Part shown: positions 1-11,470 of the stretch, in pieces
Layout: every line of letters begins with the position of its first letter
Position numbering within the stretch: the first letter of the stretch is position 1
Source of the DNA: a virus
Taxonomy: Duplodnaviria > Heunggongvirae > Uroviricota > Caudoviricetes
DNA length: 64,000 nt
IMG/VR virus record: IMGVR_UViG_3300010882_000011
Span: 64,001-128,000 of that record
Reading direction: 5' to 3' (one strand)
The notes under the pieces: generated by a model
Database searches by the model: none
What the model was told of the DNA's origin: nothing
What the model saw: only the letters and a program-made list of their open reading frames with translations
Made by a program: the position numbers and the translations under genes

Positions 1-747
1 TATTTAAGATCTAATAACGTAACATTAGAACAAGTTGTAGATTACTTTGCAAACCAGAGGCTAGAAGACTATTTATCACAAAATCCTGACCAAAGACAAA
101 TTCAGTCTTACTCGATTGATGAATATACTAATGAAGAACTCTACGTTGCAGATATCAAGTCGAAATTCCCATCTTTGAGTGATGAAGAATTACAACAGGA
201 ATTAGATAGAGCTAAAGAAAATGAAGATTTGTTTAATAAAAAAGTTGAAATTCTTCGCGAGACTTATAAAGCTGAAGAACAGAAACAAATCGAGTTAAAC
301 GAGCAACAGGTTCAACAGCAATTTGAAGATCTTAAAAATAACCTAACAAGTGTATTATATAATTTCAATGAAATACCGTTAGATTATGATGATCCTCAAA
401 CTGATATGTTAGTTATTGAAGACGCAGACAAAAATCAAGTATTATCTTATTTGCTTGAACAAGATTCAGAAGGTAAAAGTCAATTTGTAAGAGATATTGA
501 AAATCCAGAGAAGTTAATTGAATTGGCATGGCTTGCCCTACAGGGAATGACTACAATTACTGAAACTTCTCAATATTGAAAAGATATTTTAAAATCTGAA
601 CGAAAGAAGATTTCAACTCTGGAGAAAGAGATTGAATCTTTAAAAGCAAGGGGACAAAATACTGTTATAATTGACAAAGGTAATGATACACCTCCACAAG
701 TATCTGGGATGGGTTCACTTTGAAGTTCGCGAAACAACCTAATATAG
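1..747 (+). CDS. Acidic conserved crAss-like protein upstream of MCP (possible scaffolding protein), 5'-partial; TGA=Trp at 577-579 and 721-723
   Basis: Frame 1 is open from base 1 and reads through two TGAs to TAG at 745-747; acidic, coiled-coil-like; sits directly upstream of MCP. Confidence 0.7.
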
Positions 748-771
748 GCAAATAAATAATATATTTAAATT

Positions 772-2199
772 ATGAGAATAACAAACTTTACAACTGTAAG
801 ACCTAATATGAGCGAAACTCGCACATATGAGGATTTTATGAAATTTTTAGGGGCTAACCCTGCAAGACTTGGTATTGTATCTACTTTGTATGATCAATAC
901 ACAGCAACTCACTTAACTGAAGCTCTTTTGAATACTTATACATTGGAAAAAGGTAAGAAAAATGCTTTCCAAAGTATTGATTCATTCGTAGTTGAATGGG
1001 ACATTAATGTAAACCGTATCAAACGTGTACATTTCAAAGCTGTTCCTGAAGGCGATGGCGCTAACGGAAGTGATATTATATTTAGATTTGGAGAAAACTA
1101 CTACCAGAAATTTGACACTTTCATTATAGAAAGAACTCGTCAGTTGATTATCGTTCTAAATCGTCCACAACGTATTAGCGATAATGAATGGGTAGTAATT
1201 GGTAAAATCCAAGACAGCGATTACGGCTCTGTTCTTGATACGTCTGGCACACAAGTTGGTATGCCTACACGTTTCGTAACGAACTACATGCCTGAAATGC
1301 ACGAAGAAGGATACGTTAAGTATCAAAGTAACGTTGAACGTCACAGAACTTATATTGGAACACACAGAGCTGATGCTTCTATGTCTGCACAATACAATGC
1401 AATGGAAGACGTATTTATCCAAATTGGAAAAGGTGATAAAGACGATCCTATCTATAAACTAAACACTGCTGAGAAGGACTGTTTAGATTCATTTATGGAA
1501 GCTCGTAACAACGCTTGTTTGTGGGGTAAAACAAATATGGATCAATTCGGTAAACCGAAAATTTATGACCCTGAAACTGGCCGTCCAATTATTGCTCCTG
1601 ATGGAATTATAGCTCAGATCGAGCGTTTTGCTACTAAATTTGCTTTCAGCAGATTGAACACCAAATTCTTCCACAAAGCATTACAAGTAATGGTTACTAA
1701 ATCCACAAAAGCAACTGGAAACGATTATTTATTCCTTTGCAACACTGCTATGTGGACTGAAATTCAAGAAACACTTTCAACTTGGATTCGTGATTGGAAA
1801 ACTGTAGGTACATTCGTATTCTCTACAGCATCTAACGGATATGTTGATTTAGGTGCAACTTACAACTCCTATGAGTTTGCAGGTAATAAAGTTACTTTCA
1901 AAGTTGACCGTTCATTTGACATTGAATATCCAACTCGTAAATTCGGTATTTTCTTAGATTTAACAGCCGATGCTGTATCTGGAAAAGCTGCTTTGAATAT
2001 GTTTACCTTCAAGAGAGGTGAAATTATTCATAACTTTATCAAAGGTGTTGGTGGAAACACTGGTTTACAACACGGCGAAGTATCTTCTCCTGTTGCTGCA
2101 TCTAAGATAATCAACTGGGGTTATGCAGGTGTTGGGGTTTATAATCCTTATCGTTCTGTAATCCTAATTTCTGAAGAAACTAGAACTCTTTGGTTCTAA
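772..2199 (+). CDS. Major capsid protein (crAss-like, HK97 fold)
   Basis: 475-aa ORF with crAss MCP-like sequence (e.g. GYVKYQSNVERHRTYIGTHR, LWGKTNMDQFGK); position at the head of the virion module. Confidence 0.85.
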   Translation: MRITNFTTVRPNMSETRTYEDFMKFLGANPARLGIVSTLYDQYTATHLTEALLNTYTLEKGKKNAFQSIDSFVVEWDINVNRIKRVHFKAVPEGDGANGSDIIFRFGENYYQKFDTFIIERTRQLIIVLNRPQRISDNEWVVIGKIQDSDYGSVLDTSGTQVGMPTRFVTNYMPEMHEEGYVKYQSNVERHRTYIGTHRADASMSAQYNAMEDVFIQIGKGDKDDPIYKLNTAEKDCLDSFMEARNNACLWGKTNMDQFGKPKIYDPETGRPIIAPDGIIAQIERFATKFAFSRLNTKFFHKALQVMVTKSTKATGNDYLFLCNTAMWTEIQETLSTWIRDWKTVGTFVFSTASNGYVDLGATYNSYEFAGNKVTFKVDRSFDIEYPTRKFGIFLDLTADAVSGKAALNMFTFKRGEIIHNFIKGVGGNTGLQHGEVSSPVAASKIINWGYAGVGVYNPYRSVILISEETRTLWF

Positions 2200-2217
2200 G
2201 AGATAATATTGGTGATA

Positions 2218-2242
2218 GTGCTCCTGTCTATGATGGGAGCAC
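2218..2242 (+). terminator. Stem-loop after MCP (attenuator or mRNA-stabilising hairpin)
   Basis: GTGCTCCTGTC-TAT-GATGGGAGCAC, 11-bp stem with two G-U pairs; no immediately adjacent U-tract. Confidence 0.55.
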
Positions 2243-2292
2243 ATAAACCTTTTAGATAAAATCTTAACAAGATAATTTGAATAAGAAATAAT

Positions 2293-3213
2293 ATGGAAAA
2301 TAAAACTATAACAATACGTAGCGTCTATAAAGTAAAACAATATTACATTCAGCCGCTAAAACAAAAGAATGGGATGAATCATCCATTTGTAAAGAAAGTA
2401 AGAATTAATCCGAATGGAGAATCCGAGATGATTCTTAGTGAAAAGGAAATGAATGATCCAGAAAGTCAATATTTCATCCCAGAAGATATGGAAATATTTA
2501 TTGAAGATGGAACAACTTTTAACTTAGCTGATCCTTTGCAAAGAAATAAATGGTTGGCCATTCAGGATTCTGAATTAATTGTTCCAACACGTGGAGCAAA
2601 AGATGAACATGGTAATTTAATCATTGATGGAGATAAACGTAGATATGGATTAGCCGAACTTTACGTTGATGTTCCTGGAGAAGAATCAGAAAAGAGTGTT
2701 AATAAGAGAAAACTAATCACCAAAGCATGGACATATATTGAAAATGATTCTGCTGCTGGTAGATTAACAAAGGTGAAATTACTAGGTAAAGTAATGAGAA
2801 ATGCTCCAGAATCGGACATTGCGGATTACTTATATCAAAAAGCAGAAGCTAAACCTGAATTGGTAATTGATCTTTATACAAGTCCCGATAGTGTACTGAA
2901 ACTTTTACTTATTGACGCAAGAGAGAAAAACGTTATAAGAAAAATCAATCAGTTATTCATGTATGGAGACACTGTTCTCGGAGCAACTGATGAAGCAATG
3001 ATATTATTCTTGAAAACTCCTTCTAATAAGAGAGTTTTAGAAGCCATCAAAAACGAAACATATCCCGATTTTGTTCGTACTGTAAATTCCAATTTAGATG
3101 GACAACAAGACCCTAATGATGAAAATCCTGGTCTTGCACTTACAAACGAAGACCCTATTCCCGAAATAAGTGAAGTTGACAAACAACTTAACAAAGGGAA
3201 AAATAATAAATAA
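2293..3213 (+). CDS. Conserved crAss-like virion protein (p-crAssphage gene 75-like position)
   Basis: 306-aa ORF following MCP; synteny. Confidence 0.65.
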   Translation: MENKTITIRSVYKVKQYYIQPLKQKNGMNHPFVKKVRINPNGESEMILSEKEMNDPESQYFIPEDMEIFIEDGTTFNLADPLQRNKWLAIQDSELIVPTRGAKDEHGNLIIDGDKRRYGLAELYVDVPGEESEKSVNKRKLITKAWTYIENDSAAGRLTKVKLLGKVMRNAPESDIADYLYQKAEAKPELVIDLYTSPDSVLKLLLIDAREKNVIRKINQLFMYGDTVLGATDEAMILFLKTPSNKRVLEAIKNETYPDFVRTVNSNLDGQQDPNDENPGLALTNEDPIPEISEVDKQLNKGKNNK

Positions 3214-3233
3214 TAAATAACAAGTAGAAACCT

Positions 3234-4121
3234 ATGACAAGTCGCGAACTTTATGAATATGCTTTAATTGAAATTAATAAGTTAGAAGCGCCTTCATTAC
3301 TACTGGAAGATTATAACTATTTTATTAATAAGGCTGTTCAACAGTATATTAATAAAGTTTATAATCGATACGACATTAATCAACAGTCAACAGACGATTT
3401 ACGAGTATTAAAGTCCTCTTCAATTTTGGAATTGGAACTTGATGCTTCTGAAATTAGCATGATAAACCTTCTTAATAGAACGTATTCATGTTTTATGCCA
3501 GACGATTATCTTCACATTTTGAACTGTGTGGTTGAATATGAAGTATTATCACAAAACTTTAAATGTTACGATGTTGGAACTAGAGTTTATTTCCCCGCAA
3601 GGAGATTAACTGCCGATATGTATTCACTGATTATCAATAATGCTTATATGCGTCCAATGTATAAAAGACCATATTACTTTATTAATAATGTGAACCTTAC
3701 TGAATATCAAAATAGTAATCTAATTGCTGTACCACAGAAACCAATATTGCCGTCTAATCCAGAAATGGATCAGGAAATTATTGACTCTGATCAAATTGAC
3801 AGTATTAGACCAATCTTTGATAGAAAATCCAATAACTCCACAGTTAAACTAGAAATTAGATATGGACAAGATGATGCTTTATTTTTAGCAAGAAGAGCAT
3901 ATGTGGATTATATTAAATCTCCAATGTTCGTTCGTCTTACTCAATCTCAAATTGACAGAACAGTTGATACTTCACAGGTTTTAGAATTTCCAGATTATGT
4001 ATGTTTTGAAATAGTAAACGAATTCGTTAAACTATTGTTAGAAAACGCAAGTGATCCTAGAATCCAAACTAATCCAGTAGTAAATCAAACAATTGCAACG
4101 GGAATACCTGAGCAACAATAA
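3234..4121 (+). CDS. Conserved crAss-like neck/tail ring protein (gene 74-like)
   Basis: 295-aa ORF; N-terminus YALIEINKLEAPSLLLEDYNYFINKAV and DDLRVLK resemble the crAss ring-protein family; synteny. Confidence 0.65.
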   Translation: MTSRELYEYALIEINKLEAPSLLLEDYNYFINKAVQQYINKVYNRYDINQQSTDDLRVLKSSSILELELDASEISMINLLNRTYSCFMPDDYLHILNCVVEYEVLSQNFKCYDVGTRVYFPARRLTADMYSLIINNAYMRPMYKRPYYFINNVNLTEYQNSNLIAVPQKPILPSNPEMDQEIIDSDQIDSIRPIFDRKSNNSTVKLEIRYGQDDALFLARRAYVDYIKSPMFVRLTQSQIDRTVDTSQVLEFPDYVCFEIVNEFVKLLLENASDPRIQTNPVVNQTIATGIPEQQ

Positions 4122-4154
4122 AAGAAAATAGAAATTTAAAACAAGTAAGAAATT

Positions 4155-5333
4155 ATGTTTACCTATACAAAAGAAATTATCATCAACTCGATGTATGCTG
4201 ACCAAGATGCTTATGGTTCAGGTCAACAGTTGCCTAAAATACAATCTGTAATTACTCCTGCTCCGAATACAGCACCTGCTGGTGTACTTAGAATATTAAG
4301 AGCTGGTGAGTACAAACAAGAAAACATTCAAGGAGCTAGAATTTTCAAAACTCCTGGTGTTGTTGGACAAACTGCTACAATGTTAGTTCCAAATGCAGCT
4401 GGTTTAATGGCCACTGCTGGTATTTACAGAGTTTCCATTTATATTGGAATGGCTCATAAATACTTAGGAGACTTTGCTCACGCAAACTGGTATCCATTTG
4501 GTAAAGCATTAGTTGCTGACTTCTCTGTTGCAGACGGAATGAGTGCTGCTGAGAAAATGCAACAAATGACAAATGCAATCAACTTGACTATTCCTCGCAA
4601 TAACATTTTTGCAAGAACAGTTCTTAACGGAGTTGACCTTTCAGTTTATTTAACTGATCCTTATGCTTTCATCGCCAGAGCTACTTTGGAATGGTATGAT
4701 CCAAACGAATGTAATCTTTGCTCTGGATTCTACACAGAAATTCCAGAATTTGAAAACCTAGTTGAAATTACTAGAAATGTTGAGCCATTTGCAACTGCTG
4801 CATGGTTAGTAGAAAACTTGAGATTCCCAAGTTATCCGAATGTTCGTTATGCTGCTTTGTATGCTGATGAATATCCAATTGCTGGACAACTTTACACTAT
4901 GTATTCATTTGCATATGATGTTGAAAGAACTGGTTACTTCGGATTAAACGGAGTTAACGAGAAAATGGGTGCTGTAACAAGACACGTGTACTATGTACTT
5001 AATAGCGAAGTTGCTGCTTTTGAAGCACAAGTAACTGCTGCATTCCCAAATGTTGCTATTGTAGAAAATAATACTGTTATGATTACAACTGCTCCAACAG
5101 TTGCTAACGATGGTGTTGCTATTCAATTAGTAGCTACTACTTGGCCAATGGATTCTTCTGCAACTATCACTTGGGCTTCTGCGGATCTTCCAGCTGATGT
5201 TACTTTAACTTCTACTGGTATATTGACTGCTGATCCTGCCGCTGTAGTTGGAGCAACATTCACCGTAACTGCTACATCCAGCAATCCTGACTATAAAGAA
5301 GCATCTATATTGATGACTGTAATTGCAGGATAA
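4155..5333 (+). CDS. Auxiliary capsid/decoration protein with C-terminal Ig-like domain
   Basis: 392-aa ORF; C-terminal ~85 aa is Thr/Ala/Val-rich with Ig-like pattern (ATITWASAD...TGILTA...TFTVTATS). Confidence 0.6.
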   Translation: MFTYTKEIIINSMYADQDAYGSGQQLPKIQSVITPAPNTAPAGVLRILRAGEYKQENIQGARIFKTPGVVGQTATMLVPNAAGLMATAGIYRVSIYIGMAHKYLGDFAHANWYPFGKALVADFSVADGMSAAEKMQQMTNAINLTIPRNNIFARTVLNGVDLSVYLTDPYAFIARATLEWYDPNECNLCSGFYTEIPEFENLVEITRNVEPFATAAWLVENLRFPSYPNVRYAALYADEYPIAGQLYTMYSFAYDVERTGYFGLNGVNEKMGAVTRHVYYVLNSEVAAFEAQVTAAFPNVAIVENNTVMITTAPTVANDGVAIQLVATTWPMDSSATITWASADLPADVTLTSTGILTADPAAVVGATFTVTATSSNPDYKEASILMTVIAG

Positions 5334-5357
5334 CAATAGATAACAAAATATTTGAAT

Positions 5358-5400
5358 AAGGGCGAAGTGGAATTCGGTTTCGCTTCGCCCTTTTCATTTT
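5358..5400 (+). terminator. Rho-independent terminator ending the capsid operon
   Basis: AAGGGCGAAG...CTTCGCCCTT stem (5358-5392) followed by T-rich tract. Confidence 0.85.
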
Positions 5401-5413
5401 TAAATTTACTTAT

Positions 5414-6079
5414 ATGTTACTAACAGAATTGGCTTCTGCCATATATAATGATGTTGTGGGTGGTTTACGCGGATATGCAGCTACTCCAAATATGTCTTTG
5501 GAACAGCTTGAAGATGAAATCATTGAAGAAAGACAGGCTGTAATTAAAGAATGATATTGAAAAGGAATATTATCCGTAAAGGATTTATTATTGGCTATTA
5601 ACTGTATTGAAGTTGATTGTAAAGATCAATCCCGTTGTTGTGGTTTTGAATTGGGAAGGAATGCAATGCACTTTGAAATTCCCCCGCTGATTAATGATTT
5701 AGGTTCACAGGCAATTAAATTTGTTGGCAGTGTTGACAGACAAGTAAATTATTATGTGTATATGACTGATGCTTTTAGATACCACAAGTATAGAAAACGC
5801 AGTGCTGATGAACCATACGTTTACATTGAACCTACACCAAACGAAAACGGCATGTATGACGGATGAATTTTTAATGTGCCGTTTGTGAAGTATATTTCAG
5901 TTATAGGAATTTTTCGTGATCCCAGAATGCTCGAAATGTTTAATTGTTGTGAGAAAACCCACATCTTAAATTTGGGTGCAGTATCCAGCGAAGTAAAAAG
6001 AAGATTAACGGAGAAAAAATTGAGGTACTATCGTCAATTTGCACCACCTCCACATCCTAATGATCAAATCCCACGTTAG
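5414..6079 (+). CDS. crAss-like tail/neck ring protein, 221 aa (TGA=Trp x3)
   Basis: ATG 5414 in frame with track fragments 5591 and 5876; TGA at 5552, 5558, 5864; ends TAG. Confidence 0.7.
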
Positions 6080-6081
6080 TT

Positions 6082-6771
6082 ATGAGATTAAATAACATGC
6101 GATCAATCATACCAATGATTCGTATTCTTTATGATGTTGATATCGATTCAACTGAATTTGAAGATTTAGCAATGAATGCTTGGGAACAAATTGGTCAAAG
6201 ACACACACAATTACATAGATATGTAGCCAACACTGTTGATAGAATGTTGGAATTACCGTGTAATCTTGATATAATTGAATCTGTACATATTCCAATTAAT
6301 GATGCTCAGATGACCAGTAATCAAGACATCTTCCACTCAGTTCAAACTCTATGAGTTGAAAATTATATTGATCTATGGAAACGATTAGAACATCCAATAG
6401 CTGGACGAGGAAAACTTGTGAAGTATTGGGAAGCTGGAAATCAATTGCAATTTTCCAGAGATTATAGAAATGTAATGGTTATTTATCATGGAATCATTGT
6501 TGATGATGATGGACTTCCATTGATAAATGAAAAGGAAGAAAAAGCTATTTCTGCTTATATTGCTTATATATACCTATATAAAGAAGCTCTTAAAAAGAGA
6601 GATAAAGTATTAATGGAAATGTCTCAATTAGTAAAAAGAGATTGATTAAAATATTGTAATGCGGCTAGAATTCCTGCAAATATCACACAGAACGATATGG
6701 ATCAAATACTTGATGTTAAGGTTCGATGGGATAGAAAGCAATTTGGAAAATCAATTAAACCAATATTATAA
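6082..6771 (+). CDS. crAss-like tail/neck ring protein, 229 aa (TGA=Trp x2)
   Basis: Joins fragments 6082 and 6418 through TGA 6352 and 6643; ends TAA abutting the next ATG at 6772. Confidence 0.7.
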
Positions 6772-7212
6772 ATGCGATATAAAACAGGGTACTGTTTTAC
6801 TGCAGAAGATTTATACTATAGTTTCGACTATAAAAGATTAAACATTCGGAAAGAAACAGTACAGAAGAAATATAAGGTTGTTAATAGGCAACAATTGTGT
6901 GGTAGAATTTTAGTTTATCTTTTTTACCTCATCATCTTGGATATTATAAAAAATAATGTTACCTTTGCATGACGTATTAAGTCACGAGAGATGATGATCC
7001 ATGTTAAGTCTTTCGAGGGAGAAAGATTTAAGAACATGTATAGAAAGGGGTGCTTTATGGGTATTGATTATCTAAACTCAAATTTCATGGGCTATCAGAT
7101 TTACTTTTGATATCCTTACAAAGAAGGAATTAGGGAAAAGCCAATATACATAAACAAAAGACTAAAAGAGATGTTCTATGAGAACATCAATAATGGTATG
7201 CAATATTATTAA
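6772..7212 (+). CDS. Basic conserved crAss protein, possibly IHF-like, 146 aa (TGA=Trp x2)
   Basis: Reads through TGA 6970 and 7108 to TAA; TAATG overlap with the next gene; the IHF-like label rests on size and synteny only. Confidence 0.55.
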
Positions 7213-7757
7213 TGGAAATACGAAACCCATCAGATTATTACGAAAAAGTGCAGGAGAAATTCCCAGATTTAACTCTGGCAGAAATTAAAAGAGTTGTGGA
7301 TTTTGGATTAAAGTCTTTTTACAGACATAATCTAATTGGTGGGGATGTTCTTCTAAAATCACGAGATATAACCGTTTATAGTGGTAAAATGTTTGCCAGT
7401 AATTTGGTCTTTTACCACTATTGACGTATAAAACATAAAATTAAATTGAGATTCAAATACAGAAGTAGTAAAACTCAATTTAATGGCGAATACTATTTTG
7501 GATTAAGCCAAAGACAATTTGATGAATATTGTGGTAAATTTACTAAAAATAAGAAGAAAAATCCAAAATTGACTTTTAAAGACATTATTCTATATAAGAT
7601 ATTAGATGAGTGTCTTTTAGATAGAAATAAAAAATACTTCTTTGTATGATACTTCAATCAAAATATTGGGTACTCATATCATAAAGAGGAATTAACAACA
7701 AGGAATTTTAAATATATATATAAGAGAAATGATAAAAATGAAATTGAACCAATATAA
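7212..7757 (+). CDS. Basic conserved crAss protein, possibly IHF-like, 181 aa (TGA=Trp x2)
   Basis: Reads through TGA 7422 and 7647; TAATG overlaps at both ends. Confidence 0.55.
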
Positions 7758-10700
7758 TGAGACAAGAAGCAACTAACACTTTCATTGAAGGTGTAAACAT
7801 GGATTTAAGTCCGTTGACTACTCCTAATAATGTGTTAACGGATTGTTTAAATGGCACAATTATTACTTATGATGGAAATGAATTTGTACTCCAGAATGAT
7901 ATGGGGAATTACAAGTTGGAAAATTGTAAGTTACATGAAGGTTTTATTCCTGTCGGAATAAAAGGATATAGTGATATTTTATATATTGTTTCTTATAATC
8001 CTTTAACAAGGGAAACTGAGGTGGGAAGTTATCCTAGTCCTAGAAGAATTTTTAGTACTAGAGATAGGGATCAAAAATTAATTTTTATTCCTATTATTCC
8101 CATGCCGACAGAATTTACTGATGATGGTAGATACCTGATACCTGATTGACCTGATTGACCTAATTTACCTGGTGTAAAAGGAGATAATAATAACACAGGT
8201 ATTGTACTACCAGATGGTCCAAATAATTTAACAAACGATAAGCGAGTATATCAAAAATATACTGAGTTAGTAAAAAAAGGAGATCTACAAATATTTATTC
8301 TTTCTGATCAGGTAGAAACATTTAAATTATATCCGAATGATGAATTTAAGTTAACCAAAGATAAAGAAGACTCTGTCTTTCCTTATCAAACACTGCAATA
8401 CTTTATTTTAAGTGATGACAAAAAACTATATGATTTAGATATCCCGAAAAGTTATCAGGATGGAGAGTTCCACAAAGTGTTTTGGCAAATCCCTGGATGA
8501 CTTAGTGCAAAGTATAGACTTGCAAACTTATCGAAATTTGAAATAAATATTCGTAGATTACGAGTTGACCAGCTTGTAGATAAGGATGAAGAATTCTATA
8601 TTCCGAAGGAAAGCATAATTAATTTTCAGTTAACAATATCCGATTTCCTATTTAAGCAATATAATGGAACCAATACGGATTTAAAGGTAAGATTGCAATT
8701 TGCAGTAAAAGATGAAAATGGAATTATAAATTTTGTGTGTAATAAAAATGAAGAGGCACAATATGTATCCAATTATTACTTATCTACTAGGTTAGATCAG
8801 TTAAGCTATAATAATATAGAAAATATATATTATACTAACATGACAATTCCTAGAGATATTGGTCCATTAAAAAGAACAGATTCATTAATCATAATTTCTA
8901 CTCCAGTACTTCAATATAGAAACTTAAATGATCCAATTCCTGATCAATATATAGTGTATGATCAATTTGAAACATGAAATGAGTATTTAATCAGCAATCT
9001 GCTAGATAATTCATTAATTAATGTTGGAAATGATACATTTAAATGGTATGTTACACCAGAAAGAATAGTAAACAATGTAATAAATTATGGGAATGTGGCT
9101 CTCACTTTTAATACAGTTACACCACTCAATCTAGACAATCTAGAACTTTCCTATGAAATATATGCCCTTTCCTCACTGTTAAATGATAATCCAATAAGTG
9201 TTAAATCTAAAACAAAGCTAAGTAACTTCAATGCCATAGGAGATAATACAATTGATATTGATTTTGATGGTCCAGTAAATAGTAATATTGAGACTTTTAA
9301 GCAAGAGAGCATATACTTAATAGTTTTTAGGTTTGAACAAGATGGTATTGTGCAAAGGCAAGTAAATAAGGTGTTAATAACTAGTATGACATTCAACCAT
9401 CATCTGAATGTTTCGGGCGATCGAGGAGATGCTTCATTTAATTCTATTGCTGATTATAATACAATTCCATTGGAACGATGGGTTCACAACTATAAGAATT
9501 ACTTAAGTATAGGTGGAAGTATTGATTGAGATAATCCAATAATTGGACCAAATACAAATACAAATAATTATTCTGGAACATTACTTAACAATCCCAATTG
9601 GCCAACAAGTGGAGAATCTACGTTTTTTTATTGGTTTAGAACTGGAAGTATCAATGTTAATAGTATTCCTAATATAGTCTTGTCTGTTACTCATAAGAAA
9701 AAACTTTCTGTTAAACTAACATATGAAGTTGAAAGATTAATGGGAGACTTATGGAATTTTTACTCGAAAGTGGCATTGTATTCTAATGGAGGGGAATATT
9801 CTCCCACTGCAGAAGATAACATACAGACTGATACTGGAAAATTTATAACAAATTTAGTATGTAATCTGGAACCATATCTTACTATAAAAGCCAAATTTGA
9901 TTTAGAAGCAGTAACTTATCTGAAAAGTGGACAAAAATATTTTTTCTCTAACGCTATTAAATTAAATAGAAGTCAGGAAATTGTATCCGTAAATGACCCC
10001 AATGGATATAGATGGATGTTGCAATCAAATGCATATAGAGGTGGAACTGGAGATGGAGGAATATTACACTTAATATCTAATAATTGAGTACAAGCTCCTA
10101 ATCCAGCAGTTAATGGATGATATTTTTATTCTGCAGGGATAAATATCAGTTCTAGTAATGCTTTTAATGGTGTTTGAAATTACCCTTCTCAAGGAAGTTA
10201 TGATACCAGAAGTCGACAACGAGGAGGTACTCTAACTACTACAAATGCTAATTTAGGTAACAGTCGGTCTTTTTGACAACAATTTCGTGAAATTCCTTTT
10301 GTATATAATTACTTAAGAAATAGTAATGAAACGGTTAATAGCCGACATTGAGGATGGTTAGTTGATGATGCTGGAGCAGGTTCTGGGGGAAATTTCGGTT
10401 TAGATCCAGATGATTTTGAAAAAGACTCAACCATTTGATCCTTAGAAACCACATTTCAACCAGTTGTACTTTTATGTAGAGATGGGTATAGTGGAGCAAA
10501 TACTGACAACATGTTAGGAAATCAAGGAAATCAAGAAAATTGATCAACTGCTTCGCGAAATGATGGGTTAGTGGCATTTAAAGTAAAGAATTTAGGATCA
10601 GGAGATCAAGGAGCAGAACGGTGATTTACTCAGTATGAAAATAATGCCCCTGCTTACAACGTTGATTTATTATTTGAAAGTTTATATCAGTTTTGTTTAA

Positions 10701-11470
10701 GAGCTTATGTGTTTCACAATGTGGAATCACTTCCTGGTAACTTTATAAAAGTGGGAATAGATGAATCTAACAAAAAATCTTTATTTGATATAAATCCATC
10801 AACTTTACATTATAAATTTGTTAATCCCAGATTTGAATTAAAAGGAAAGTATTATAACTTGCTATCTAGTAATGAAGATTTACCTCCGAGTAGCTTTGTA
10901 AGCTTGATAACTACTGCAGAGAGCTACATTGCAGGATCATTTGTAATCAAATCTAATACATCTAATTTTACTATATCTAACACCTCCTTATTTAATACAA
11001 CTACTTTTGCCGAAAATATAATTCTTCCTGGTCGTACAGTAGATAGTAGGTTTGTCCCAACTTTAGTTGATGAACAAAAAATGGAAGAAGCAAGAATAGT
11101 TATTAGAGATAAACAGTCAGAAATAAGTACTCAATCATCTAAATTTGCAAGTTTTAATCTTAGCGTTAAAGATATAATGATTGATGATAGTGAGTGAGAT
11201 TCCAGTAGGGATATTGCAACACAATCCAATTTTGCTTTATGACTTCCGAGAGCTCGAGATTTTGCTGAACACTTAAATGTAACTAACACAACTGATATTA
11301 ATACATCTTCCCTAAGAAAGACGGCCTTCGTCAGATCTGGAAGATTAAAAACAAACAGAACTTTAGTAATCACCACTTCTGGAAATGATTACCCTTCTGG
11401 AGGATCTAATAAAAGACCTAAAGTCCAGATAGCTAAATATAGTCAGGGAGTATTTCCCCTTATAAAATAA
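7757..11470 (+). CDS. Large tail protein, 1237 aa (15 TGA=Trp)
   Basis: N-terminus MRQEATNTFIEGVNMDLSPLTTPNNVLTDCLNGT...QNDMGN resembles the crAss tail-stabilisation-type family; single frame free of TAA/TAG; TAATG overlaps at both ends. Confidence 0.75.
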
